Shown here one piece after another: positions 19,394 through 28,963 of a DNA stretch of 64,000 nt. The stretch is from Deltaproteobacteria bacterium (GTDB lineage Bacteria > Myxococcota_A > UBA9160 > SZUA-336): NCBI GenBank assembly GCA_004356455.1, contig SMWZ01000029.1:12897-76896 (forward strand), given 5' to 3'. The translations under genes and the position numbers were made by a program. The notes under the pieces are model-generated. The model made no database searches. It was not told where the DNA came from and saw only the letters and a program-made list of their open reading frames with translations. The number at the start of each line of letters is the position of its first letter. Within the stretch, counting starts at the first letter, position 1.

Positions 19394-20707
19394 ATGAGTC
19401 AGGAACCGAGGGAGCGCTGGAGCGGCCGGACCGGGTTCGTGCTGGCGGCGATCGGCTCCGCCGTAGGCCTGGGGAATATGTGGCGGTTCTCGTACCTGAC
19501 CGCCGAGTACGGGGGCGCCGCCTTCGTCCTGCTCTACATCGCGTTCACGATCCTGATCGGAATCCCCATCCTGCTGGCCGAGCTGGCCATAGGACGGGGC
19601 GCGGCGCGCAGCCCGATCAGCGCGCTCGATCATTTCGGGGGAGGTGCCTGGAAGGCTGGCGGGATCTGGTTTGTCGCCTCCGGCTTCTTGATCCTGTCTT
19701 ATTACTCGGTGATCGCGGGCTGGACGCTCCGCTATACGCTGAACGCACTCATCGGCGGCTTCGAGCCCGACACCGGCGCGCACTTCGACGCCGTCAGCCA
19801 GGGAACGGGCGCCGTCGTTGGGCACCTCGTGTTCATGGGAGCCACGAGCCTGATCGTCTCGCGCGGGATCAAGGCCGGCATCGAGCGCACCTCGCTCGTC
19901 CTGATGCCGCTCCTCTTCGCCCTGGTCTGTGGACTCGCGATCTACGCCTACACGCTCGAGGGTGGCCGGGAAGGCTACGCTTTCTACCTGGAGACCGACT
20001 TCAGCAAGATCCTGGACGCTCAGGTCTTCAGCACGGCGGCGGGTCAGGCCTTCTTCAGTCTTAGCCTGGGGATGGGGGCGATGATGACCTACGCCAGCTA
20101 CGTCTCGCCCCAGCAGCACCTGCCAAACGAGTCGTTGGTGATCGGAGGTGCGGACTTCGTTATCGCCTTCGTGGCCGGGCTGGTGGTCTTTCCCCTGATC
20201 TTCGCGCTCGGACTCTCCGCCGACGTGAGCGAGAGCACCTTAGGCGCGCTGTTCATCACGCTGCCCAAGGCCTTTGCGATGATGGGTCTGGCGGGACAGG
20301 CCGTGGGCTTTCTCTTCTTCGCCGCGCTCGTCATCGGCGCTCTCACCTCCGCCATCTCTCTGCTGGAGGTGGTGGTCGCTTCGGCCATAGACACGCTCGG
20401 CTGGTCGCGGCTCCGATCGACGCTCGTCTTCGGCGGCGCGATCGCACTCCTGGGCATTCCCCCGGCCCTGAACATCAACATCCTGGACTGGATGGACAAG
20501 CTCGCGGGCCAGCTCTTTCTGGTGGCCGGTGGACTCCTGCTCGCGATCTTCGTGGGCTGGGTAATGAAGGACCCCTTCAGCGAGGTGCGCAAGGGAGCCG
20601 AGCACGTGGCCTGGTTTCCGCTCTGGCGCTTCCTGCTGCGCTACCCGATTCCGCTGGTGCTGGCCGTGGTGCTCTACTTCTCGGTGAGGAAGCTCTTCTT
20701 CGACTAG
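19394..20707 (+). CDS. Sodium-dependent transporter (NSS/SLC6 family)
   Basis: RERWSGRTGF..IGSAVGLGNMWRF, GQAFFSLSLGMG, many TM segments. Confidence 0.93.
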   Translation: MSQEPRERWSGRTGFVLAAIGSAVGLGNMWRFSYLTAEYGGAAFVLLYIAFTILIGIPILLAELAIGRGAARSPISALDHFGGGAWKAGGIWFVASGFLILSYYSVIAGWTLRYTLNALIGGFEPDTGAHFDAVSQGTGAVVGHLVFMGATSLIVSRGIKAGIERTSLVLMPLLFALVCGLAIYAYTLEGGREGYAFYLETDFSKILDAQVFSTAAGQAFFSLSLGMGAMMTYASYVSPQQHLPNESLVIGGADFVIAFVAGLVVFPLIFALGLSADVSESTLGALFITLPKAFAMMGLAGQAVGFLFFAALVIGALTSAISLLEVVVASAIDTLGWSRLRSTLVFGGAIALLGIPPALNINILDWMDKLAGQLFLVAGGLLLAIFVGWVMKDPFSEVRKGAEHVAWFPLWRFLLRYPIPLVLAVVLYFSVRKLFFD

Positions 20708-20835
20708 CGCGGTATCGGCGAGCTGTGCTCGCCTGCGCGCACTTCGCTCGGCTGCGCCTCGCTGCGCGGCCTTCGGCCTTGCAGCGCTGGGACTCTCGTG
20801 CTGGCGGCGTGCAGTGCTCGCCGATATGGCGCTAG
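20704..20835. mobile_element. 132-bp CTAG-flanked MITE/REP-like element (type 3)
   Basis: CTAG-CGCGGTATCGGCGAGC...GCTCGCCGATATGGCG-CTAG (14/16 inverted match inside the CTAGs); each CTAG supplies the stop codon of one of two convergent genes. Confidence 0.7.
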
Positions 20836-22379
20836 AGCAGCGCCTCGATCAAGTGGGGACCGGGTTCAGCAAGTGCCCGCTCCAGGCTGCGCACGACCGC
20901 GTCTGCACTCTCGACCCGCTCGGACGGCACGCCGAGCGCCGTACCAAGTCCCACCCAATCGATGCTCGGGTTGGAGAGGTCGGTCAGCGCTAGGGCCTGC
21001 GCGCCGGGCTCGGGCACGCCGGCCCGACCGAGCTCAATGCGCAGGATCCGATACTGACGATTCGCACAGATCAGTGTTGTGACGTCGAGGCCCTCGCGTG
21101 CCTGCGTCCACAGCGACTGCAACGTGTACATCCCACTGCCGTCCGCCTGGAAGGCAAGCACGGGACGCTCGGGGCAGGCCAGCGCCGCTCCGGTCGCACA
21201 GGGCAGGCCCTGGCCGATCGCGCCGCCCGTGAGGCTCATATAGGTGTGGGGAGGACAGTGGGCGGAGGCCAGGAAGTAGGGCAGGCCCGAGGTCGCGGCC
21301 TCATCCATCACGATCAAGCCTTCCGGCTGGACAGCGGCAATGGCCGCGCCGAGTGTCGCGGGCGTCAGCTCTCCCGTGGGTCGCCCGGGCGTTACCCACT
21401 CGGCTCCGCCTGGCTCGCTCGCCGCCGCGATCGCGGCGGCCAGGTCTTCCAGCGCGAGGGCCACGTCCTCTTCGGGCTCGGCTAGCCTGTGGCTTATACA
21501 GTCGTCAGGAACGAGTCGACTGGGCGTCTCGGGATAGCCGAAGAACGCCACCGGCTCGCTCACTCCCGCTAGGATCAAGTTCCGCACCGACCCGAGCAGC
21601 TCTATGACCTGCTCGGGGAAGTAGGGTAGACGCTCGAGCACCGGTAGTCCCGCGCCGCGCTCCATGCGCGCGGGGAAGGTCTCACAGAAGAGTCGACACC
21701 CCGTCCGCTCCGCGATGCGCGCGGCCGCGCGCTGAGCCCGCTCGCGCAAGCCACGCGCACCCAGCAGTAGCAGCGTGGGCTCCCCGCTCCGCACCACGCG
21801 CGCAACAGACTCGATGCGCGTGCCGTCCACAGAGGCCGGCGGCTGCAGACTGAGTGCCGAGGCCGGACCGGACGCCTCGCCCCAAGCGACATCGGAGGGC
21901 ACGACCAGCGTCGCGACACTCCCGGGCAGACGCGACGCCGCCGCAATTGCCTCCGCTCCGTCCCGTGCCAGATCGCCCGCGCTCTTCGCTATGCGAAGCC
22001 AGCTCGAAACAGGACGCGCGAGCGACTCGATGTCGGATGCCAGGGGCGGATCGGCGTGTACGTGCCAGCTCGCATGGTCCCCCACCAGATTGACCACGGG
22101 CGAGTGCGCGCGCCGGGCATTGTGCAGGTTGGCGATGCCGTTTGCAAAGCCCGGTCCCAGATGCAGCAGGGTGAGGGCCGGCTTGTCGCACATGCGACCG
22201 TAGCCGTCGGCGGCTCCGGTACACACACCCTCGAACAGACCCAGCACCCCGCGCACACCGGATACCTCATCCAGAGCCGCCACCAAGTGCATCTCGGTCG
22301 TGCCCGGATTGGCGAAGCAGACCTCGACGCCCAGTGCGGCCGCCGTGCGGATCAGGCTTTCGGCGCCGGTCATCTGCAC
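20832..22379 (-). CDS. Thiamine-pyrophosphate-binding protein (acetolactate synthase large subunit-like)
   Basis: FANPGTTE, GAADGY, LHLGPG, GGAIGQG, QADGSGMY..N TPP motif. Confidence 0.9.
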   Translation of the reverse strand: MQMTGAESLIRTAAALGVEVCFANPGTTEMHLVAALDEVSGVRGVLGLFEGVCTGAADGYGRMCDKPALTLLHLGPGFANGIANLHNARRAHSPVVNLVGDHASWHVHADPPLASDIESLARPVSSWLRIAKSAGDLARDGAEAIAAASRLPGSVATLVVPSDVAWGEASGPASALSLQPPASVDGTRIESVARVVRSGEPTLLLLGARGLRERAQRAAARIAERTGCRLFCETFPARMERGAGLPVLERLPYFPEQVIELLGSVRNLILAGVSEPVAFFGYPETPSRLVPDDCISHRLAEPEEDVALALEDLAAAIAAASEPGGAEWVTPGRPTGELTPATLGAAIAAVQPEGLIVMDEAATSGLPYFLASAHCPPHTYMSLTGGAIGQGLPCATGAALACPERPVLAFQADGSGMYTLQSLWTQAREGLDVTTLICANRQYRILRIELGRAGVPEPGAQALALTDLSNPSIDWVGLGTALGVPSERVESADAVVRSLERALAEPGPHLIEALL

Positions 22380-22469
22380 ATCACCTCCACGTCACCGCGG
22401 GCGCAGCTACCACCCGCGGCGGCGGCAACAGCCTACATGGTAAGCTTTTGCTTGCAGGAGCCCATACCG

Positions 22470-22928
22470 ATGGCCGAGGAACTCGTTCCCATCGCCAGCT
22501 TTAGCCGGCCCGTCGACGCCGAGCTGGCCAAGAGCAAGCTCGAAGCAGGAGGCATACGCAGCTTCGTCGAGGGCGGAACCATCGCGCGCATCAACCCCGT
22601 CCTGATGGGCGGAGGCGAGACGAAGCTTCTAGTGCGAGCGGCGGACCGGGTGCGCTCCCTGGCCATTCTCGAGGAAGACCCAACGGACGCGCATGCGGCT
22701 CTGCGCGAGGTCTTCACGGACCTGGACCACGATGGCTGTCCGCGCTGCGGCTCCACCGAGATCCAACCTCAGGGCTACTCGACCTGGACCTTCGTGATAG
22801 CCTTGGTGCTGGTCGGCCTGCTGCTGCGCGTGCCCATGCCGCTCTTCGTGTTGGCCGTGCCCTTCATCTTCATCCGCCGTCGGAGATTCCGCTGCTCCGA
22901 GTGCGAGCAGCGTTGGTGGGGCCGCTAG
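22470..22928 (+). CDS. DUF2007-like domain + zinc-ribbon membrane protein
   Basis: F..PVDAELAKSKLEAGGI N-terminus; CPRCGS, hydrophobic hairpin, CSECEQRW. Confidence 0.75.
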   Translation: MAEELVPIASFSRPVDAELAKSKLEAGGIRSFVEGGTIARINPVLMGGGETKLLVRAADRVRSLAILEEDPTDAHAALREVFTDLDHDGCPRCGSTEIQPQGYSTWTFVIALVLVGLLLRVPMPLFVLAVPFIFIRRRRFRCSECEQRWWGR

Positions 22929-22931
22929 CCT

Positions 22932-23411
22932 ATGAGCACGTACACGGAGCCGCTGGTCGCGCTCGCCCGATTCGCCTCCCCTGTCGAGGCCCATCTGGCG
23001 AAAGGGCGGCTCGAGGTTGCCGGGATCTCGAGCGTTGTCAGCAACGAGGCTTCGATCGGGGAGGTGGAGCTCCTGGTCGCGAGCTCGGCGGTTGACGAAG
23101 CCATCGCGGTGCTGGGTGGCACACGCGCCGTACGCGCGCTGCGTTCAAGCCGCGCCCCCGAGGAGACGGCGCTTTGTCTGATCTGCCGCTCCTCCTTCCT
23201 GATACCAGAAGAGGGGTCGGCTGTGTGGCGGATCTTCCGCGGCTTGATGCTCTCGGTGTTGCCGCTGCCCTCGGAGTGGTTCCATAGCCGGACGGTCCGG
23301 TGCGGGGTCTGCGGCCATCGCTGGAAGGAGGAGAGGAGCTCACGAGATGCCTCGCACGGTGTCCTTGCTTCCGAGCAGTACGGAGATCGCCTGCGCGGTC
23401 GGCGCCGCTGA
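22932..23411 (+). CDS. Second DUF2007-like + zinc-ribbon protein (paralog)
   Basis: FASPVEAHLAKGRLEVAGI; CLICRS...CGVCGHRW. Confidence 0.7.
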   Translation: MSTYTEPLVALARFASPVEAHLAKGRLEVAGISSVVSNEASIGEVELLVASSAVDEAIAVLGGTRAVRALRSSRAPEETALCLICRSSFLIPEEGSAVWRIFRGLMLSVLPLPSEWFHSRTVRCGVCGHRWKEERSSRDASHGVLASEQYGDRLRGRRR

Positions 23412-24264
23412 TAGCCTCATCGGACGTTCGCACGAGTGCGATTTCCCGGCGGGGGTTGCGGCTCTGCCCGTGCTGACCGCACCCCGCATCGACGTAGAGG
23501 CCGCCAGTGGCGCGATCGATCGGGAGGTGAAGCAGCTGGTCGAGCAAGGCCTCTCGCTCTACCACGTGGACGCCGAAAGGCTGCGCGAGCTCGCCCCGGA
23601 GGTGATCCTGACGCAGACGCTGTGCGAGGTGTGCGCGGTAACGCCCCAGGATCTGGCGCGGGCGGTGGGGAGCTGGACAGGTGTCCCGCCCACGATCGTG
23701 TCACTGGCTCCGAACCGGCTCGAGGATGTCTGGGCCGACGTACTACGCGTGGGGCAGGCCCTCGGGCACGAGCAGCGCGCCCAGAGGTTCGTGGCCGAGC
23801 TGCGCCGACGCGTTGAGCAGCTCACAGGACGGGCGGAGAAGCTCACGCCCCGTCCCCGGGTCGCGTGCATCGAGTGGATCGAGCCGCTCATGGCAGCGGG
23901 CCACTGGATGCCGGAGCTGGTCGCGCGCGCCGGAGGCGAGAACCTCTTCGGCCGCGCCGGCGAGCCCTCTCCGTGGCTGGGCTGGGAGGAGCTGCGCGAG
24001 GCCGACCCTGACGTGCTGCTGCTTCTGCCCTGCGGCTTCGGCATCGAGCGGACGCGCCACGAGCTGGGGCCACTCGTCGCCCAGACAGGCTGGGCGGGGC
24101 TGCGCGCCGTGCGCGCCGGCCGCGTCTACCTGCTCGAGGGCAACCATTACTTCAATCGGCCGGGCCCGCGCCTGGTCGAGTCCCTCGAAATCCTGTGTGA
24201 GGTGCTGCATCCCGAGCACTTCGAGTCGGGTCATCGCAACAGCGGCTGGTCCCCGTTAAACTAA
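23347..24264 (+). CDS. Cobalamin/iron ABC substrate-binding protein (BtuF-like)
   Basis: VSLLPSSTEI, GRSHECDFP, TQTLCEVCAV, EWIEPLMAAGHW, YFNRPGPRL. Confidence 0.88.
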   Translation: MPRTVSLLPSSTEIACAVGAADSLIGRSHECDFPAGVAALPVLTAPRIDVEAASGAIDREVKQLVEQGLSLYHVDAERLRELAPEVILTQTLCEVCAVTPQDLARAVGSWTGVPPTIVSLAPNRLEDVWADVLRVGQALGHEQRAQRFVAELRRRVEQLTGRAEKLTPRPRVACIEWIEPLMAAGHWMPELVARAGGENLFGRAGEPSPWLGWEELREADPDVLLLLPCGFGIERTRHELGPLVAQTGWAGLRAVRAGRVYLLEGNHYFNRPGPRLVESLEILCEVLHPEHFESGHRNSGWSPLN

Positions 24265-24277
24265 ATAAGGAGGTTCC

Positions 24278-24889
24278 ATGCTACGGCTGCACACCGCCCA
24301 AACCCCCAACGGCCACAAGGCCTCGATCGCGCTCGAGGAGCTCGGCCTCGATTACGAGGTCCGGCGCGTCCAGCTCGACCAGGGCGATCAGTTGAAGGAA
24401 GAGTTCCTGGCGCTGAATCCCAATCACAAGATTCCCGTGCTGGAGGACGGAGACCTCGTGATCTGGGAATCGGGTGCGATCCTGCTGCACCTGGCCGAGA
24501 AGCATGGAAAGCTGCTGCCGCGGGATCCGCGCGGCCGCACCGCCGCCATTCAGTATGCCTTCTTTCAGACGGGCGGGATCGGACCCAACCTGGGTCGCCT
24601 CGGGTCCCAGCTGCGCCGTCCCGAGGCGGAACGCAATCAGGAGATGGTGGAGATCTTCTCGGGCGAGGTGGCTCGGCTGCTGGGCGTGCTCGATCGCATC
24701 CTCGCCGATGGGCGGCCCTACCTGGCCGGCGAGTACTCGATCGGCGACATCATGCACTATCCATGGCTACACCCCATGCTCGCCCTCAAGGCGCCCCCAC
24801 TGATGAAGCGCCCGCGCGTCGTTAGCTGGCTCGAGCGCATCGCCAAGCACCCCGCCGTCGAGCGCGGTATGGCCATCCCGGAGTCTTAG
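24278..24889 (+). CDS. Glutathione S-transferase (YfcG/YghU-like)
   Basis: TPNGHK, LNPNHKIP, WESGAIL, YSIGDI; SD AAGGAGG. Confidence 0.92.
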   Translation: MLRLHTAQTPNGHKASIALEELGLDYEVRRVQLDQGDQLKEEFLALNPNHKIPVLEDGDLVIWESGAILLHLAEKHGKLLPRDPRGRTAAIQYAFFQTGGIGPNLGRLGSQLRRPEAERNQEMVEIFSGEVARLLGVLDRILADGRPYLAGEYSIGDIMHYPWLHPMLALKAPPLMKRPRVVSWLERIAKHPAVERGMAIPES

Positions 24890-24899
24890 ACCGTCTGCC

Positions 24900-25861
24900 C
24901 TAGAAGCACGATACGCCAGTGTCTCCCCCACATGTACCTTTCGGCCTGAGACCGCATTCGAGGGTATACGCCGGATCAACGAACCCGGCCACGCGGTTGA
25001 TCAGACTCGCATCCGTGGCGCTGTAGAAGCCATTGATCGGCGGAGCCACCTCGTCGCGTTCCGAGACGCAGTCGAAGCGGATGAAGGCTGCGCAGCCGTT
25101 GACGGCCGCCGCGTCCGTTGCGCTATGGATGCAGTCGCCGTCAAAGTCCCCACACAGGCACTCGCACGGAATTCCCGAGAAGGCGCTCCTCACGAGCAGG
25201 AGTGTGTTGGGGAAGAACACGCACGGGTCCTCAGCATCGGGAAGCGTGTCGCCGTCCGTATCTACCGGCTCGGGCGCAGGAGCGAAGTCCAGATCGGTCA
25301 TGTGGGCACTGGACTCTCCGAGAAGTCGCCATCTTGGTCCCTGCGGCAGGATCACGCGCTGATAGATCTCGCGGCCTCCACCGCCTCACGTGACAAACAG
25401 TGCCCCCATCACTAGGACGAACTCCGAGTCCACCGAACCTCACCGAGCGTATGGTGTGTCCGGGGACCTCCACCGGGACCTCGCGCAAAGCGTCCCCGCG
25501 GCTCAGGACCGAGGCATCTCCGGGATCCAGTAGCACGACCTCGAAGAGCGGATCGAAGACCTCTCCCGAGTGGGAGAAGATGGTCGCCAGATAGAGCTTT
25601 CCATCCGGCCCGAAGCCCAGGCCCCCACCCGCAGCCGGAGTTGAAAGCGATCCCGACCAGACCCTGGTCCGCAATCGGAACCCCGACGAGCGTACCCGAT
25701 GCGTTCTCCTGATCCACGATCAAGAGCGCGCCCACCGGCACCGTCCGGCCGGTCACCTCGAACGGAGCGGATGAGCCATACATCGTAGCCGCTACTGTGT
25801 CGCCCTCGACAACCAAAAGTGTCGCCGAAAAGACCCCACAGAGACGGGCGCTTGTCACCAC
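24900..25861 (-). pseudogene. Frameshifted secreted protein: propeller-like N-part plus TSP3/dockerin-like Ca-binding C-part
   Basis: Three overlapping minus-strand ORFs: signal-like start..GLVGIAFNS; GLGFGPDGKLY..FGGLGVRPSDG; DTDGDTLPDAEDPC..CGDFDGDC..SATDA (SATDA twice). Confidence 0.6.
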
Positions 25862-26214
25862 CCATCGGTCTCCCGAGCAACAGACAGAGCTACACTCGGA
25901 TACACCATCGCCCGGCTTCTAATAAGCCCCATGGACAGGTAAGACCAATCAAAAGCCCTTCCAAAGCTACGGATAACCCGTGATCCCATCCAATCGGCCT
26001 TAGGGCAAATCACGCAGGCAGCGCAGCGCCCAACGGCCGGAGTTGCTGATCCTTCATGGAATGCGACCGCTTCCCATCAAGTGGAATTCGTTCTAACGCG
26101 TTCAATCCGAAGTCGAGGGGGCGCGTAGCTAAGGTTCACTACTGACAATCCACTTCGAGAAGTACTGGGAGCCACCCCCGTAGGCGTGGCCCAGGCCAGG
26201 CGCGTGCCCTCGAT

Positions 26215-26256
26215 CTAGTGTCTTGTTATGGAAGCTCGCTCGCATTCTCGGCGGCC
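26215..26256 (+). repeat. Degenerate left-end fragment of the 168-bp element family
   Basis: CTAGTGTCTTGTTATGGAAGCTCGCTCGCATTCTCGGCGGC versus CTAGTGTCCTGTTCCGGAAGTTCGCTCGCATTTTCGGCGGC (reverse complement of the element end at 53741). Confidence 0.7.
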
Positions 26257-26332
26257 ATGCCGCGCGCCCGATACCCTACTGGCTGTTTGGGAGGGCCCGA
26301 TTTAGCTGATATGAGCGCTAGGCTCCCCGTAG

Positions 26333-27242
26333 ATGGCGAACGTGAGCAGAAGTAGCGCGAGAGAAGGATCGCGGCAAAGTACCGCAACGACTTTTCCTGG
26401 AGAATCGTCTTCGAGTGCCTGTGGGGGGGGCCGGCGGCTGGCTCGCGATGAGCGTGCTGGCACTGAAAGGCGCGGCGCCTTACGCGGTGGCGTGCCTGGT
26501 AAACCGGTAGCTGGCTTACGCGCTCTACATGCCACTGCACGAGGCGACGCATGGCAACGCGAGCGGGCGTCATGGGCACCTGCGCTGGGTCGACGATTGC
26601 GTAGGCTGGCTCAGCTCCATTCCGCTGATGTTCAGCTATCGCGGTCATCAGTACTCGCATATGAAGCACCACGCTCACACGAGCGATCCGCTGCGGGACA
26701 CCGACATCTTCATCGGGGGGCCACTCGCGGAGCTCCCCGGCAAGTACCTCATCTTCGCCTGGCTGCAGCTGCTGCTTCCGGTCCTGAAGCTGCTACCGCG
26801 CGGCCAACGCCTTCTGTCCACTCCCATGCGCAGGGTCTTCGAGTCGGGTTACGAAATCCGCTTCTTTCGACGCCAGCAAAGGATCTCTCTGCTGCCGTTG
26901 GTCGGGCTCAGCCTGGCGGGGTTTTTCTGGGAGGCGCTTCTGCTCTGGTATCTGCCCTCGCGCATCGGCCTGTTCGTGATGTTCTTGGTGTTCGCATGGC
27001 TGCCGCACCATCCCCAGCACGAGAGGGGCCGCTACCGGGACACCCGCATCACGCTCTTTCCCGGTAGTACCCTTCTGATTCGCGGCCACGACCCTCACCT
27101 GCTGCACCACATGTTCCCGCGAGTGCACACTAGCGCCTGCCAAAGCTATTTCGCGAGATTCGGCCCACCCTTGAGCAGCAAGGCGCATGCATCGAGGGTC
27201 CCCTCGCCGGGGCCCGGAGCCCCCAAGATACTGCTGCGGTAG
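26333..27242 (+). pseudogene. Fatty-acid desaturase/hydroxylase-family pseudogene
   Basis: His boxes HEATH, HMKHH, HLLHH; frameshift at G8 run (26423-26430), in-frame TAG at 26508-26510, and a further frameshift near 27127 (continuation RLPKLFREIRP lies in another frame). Confidence 0.8.
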
Positions 27243-27247
27243 CCGGG

Positions 27248-27275
27248 TTGGCCCCACTCAGATCTCTGTTATAAT
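27248..27275 (+). promoter_or_regulatory. Sigma70-type promoter with extended -10
   Basis: TTGGCC-N16-TATAAT with TG at 27267-27268. Confidence 0.55.
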
Positions 27276-27512
27276 CTCTGGCTGAACCGCAAGCCTGATC
27301 GGCAAAGGATCCAGGGCTGTTTTGGATTCATTCCTATGGGCCTCCAGGCTCAACCCTATTGTCCTCCTCCCAATCAAGTCTGCGTTCTCCTCTCAGGCCC
27401 GAAAAGCTGAGAGGGACATCTATTGCTTGGAATCGCGTCTTCGGATGGCCCGAGTCGGATTTCGGCAAATGTCGCGTCTCACGCATCGATAGAGGCGCGA
27501 CGGGGAAATGAA

Positions 27513-27818
<306 letters not shown>

Positions 27819-27821
27819 GCG

Positions 27822-28103
27822 ATGCAAGCCGCGCGCTACGCCAAGCTGGGACAGAAATGGACCTGCTATTCCTGCGATCGAAAGTTCTACGATCTGCAGA
27901 AAGCAGAGGCCATTTGCCCTAACTGCAAAGCGGATCAAGCGGCACGCCCGCCGGAACAGGAGACCGTGCCCAAGAAGCCGGTCCGGAAGTCGACGCGGGC
28001 TAGGAAGTCGACGAGGGCCAAGACCTCTACGGCAGCCAAGACCTCTACGGCAGCCAAGGCCTCTACGGCAGCCAAGACCTCTACGGCAGCCAAGGCCTCT
28101 TAG
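27822..28103 (+). CDS. FYDLN-acid (TIGR02300-like) zinc-ribbon protein with basic repeat tail
   Basis: [25 protein letters not shown]-terminal AKTSTA repeats. Confidence 0.82.
   Translation: MQAARYAKLGQKWTCYSCDRKFYDLQKAEAICPNCKADQAARPPEQETVPKKPVRKSTRARKSTRAKTSTAAKTSTAAKASTAAKTSTAAKAS
28017..28100 (+). repeat. 18-bp tandem repeat (4.7 copies), in frame
   Basis: GCCAAG(A/G)CCTCTACGGCA x4 plus 12 nt. Confidence 0.95.
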
Positions 28104-28125
28104 ACAAGCTTCGGGACCGCCCGCC

Positions 28126-28899
28126 CTACTTGCCCTGCCAGCGGGGCGGGCGCTTCTCGACGAATGCGCGCGGGCCCTCGCGGAAGTCCTCGCTATGGAT
28201 CATTGCGCCAAGTGAGTCATAGCGAGAGTTGATTGCTTCCTCGAGCGAGGCGTGATTAAGCCCGCCCATGGCGGCCTGCTTGCTGCCTCGCACCGAGAGC
28301 GGCGCACAGGCAAGGATATCGTCCGCCCAGCGACGCGCCGCGCTCATGAGCTCAGCGCGCGGTACCACCTCGTTTACGATACCGAGCTCGCGCGCCTCGA
28401 CCGCACTCACGCGGCGCCCGGTGAGAATGATGCCCATGGCCCGCTTGAGAGGAATCTGCCGCGGCAGCCGATGCAGGCCCCCGGCCAGCGCCGCCAGACC
28501 AACGCGGGGCTCCGGTAGGGCGAACACGGCCTCCTCCGCGGCCACGATCAGGTCGCAGGCGAGCGCGATCTCGAATCCGCCGCCCATGGCTACGCCGTTA
28601 ACAGCAGCGATGACCGGCTTGGTGTTGTCGAAGCGGTGGGTCAGGCCGGCGAAGCCAGAGTCCGGGAGCTCAAACTTTCCCCCGGCCGCGGTGTACTTGA
28701 GGTCGTTCCCCGCGCAGAACGCCTTATTACCGGCGCCCGTGATAATGGCAACCCAGAGCTCCGCATCCGCGACGAACTCATCGAATATCTTGGCCAATTC
28801 CTGGTTGGCCGGCGGGTGCAGGCTGTTCCTCACCTCGGGCCGGTTTAGGGTGACGATCAAGATATGACCCTCTCGCTCCAGCTTGCAGAACTCGGGCAT
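28126..28899 (-). CDS. Enoyl-CoA hydratase (CaiD-like)
   Basis: FCAGNDLK, AAVNGVAMGGGFEIAL, LPEPRVGL. Confidence 0.92.
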   Translation of the reverse strand: MPEFCKLEREGHILIVTLNRPEVRNSLHPPANQELAKIFDEFVADAELWVAIITGAGNKAFCAGNDLKYTAAGGKFELPDSGFAGLTHRFDNTKPVIAAVNGVAMGGGFEIALACDLIVAAEEAVFALPEPRVGLAALAGGLHRLPRQIPLKRAMGIILTGRRVSAVEARELGIVNEVVPRAELMSAARRWADDILACAPLSVRGSKQAAMGGLNHASLEEAINSRYDSLGAMIHSEDFREGPRAFVEKRPPRWQGK

Positions 28900-28963
28900 G
28901 ACCTCGCTCTCCCCTGGTAAGCTCGGGCAGCATACACGTTCTGGGAGCTAAGGGAGTGAAGGA

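Noticed and set aside
26028..26100. GCCCAAC and TTCTAAC as attC left ends
   Set aside because: No matching right end with proper attC pairing and no upstream cassette ORF or integrase
26423..26430. G8 tract as a phase-variation switch for the desaturase
   Set aside because: An in-frame TAG and a second frameshift would keep the gene broken at any tract length
28017..28100. 18-bp repeats as a possible CRISPR or iteron array
   Set aside because: Head-to-tail, in frame within a CDS, no spacers
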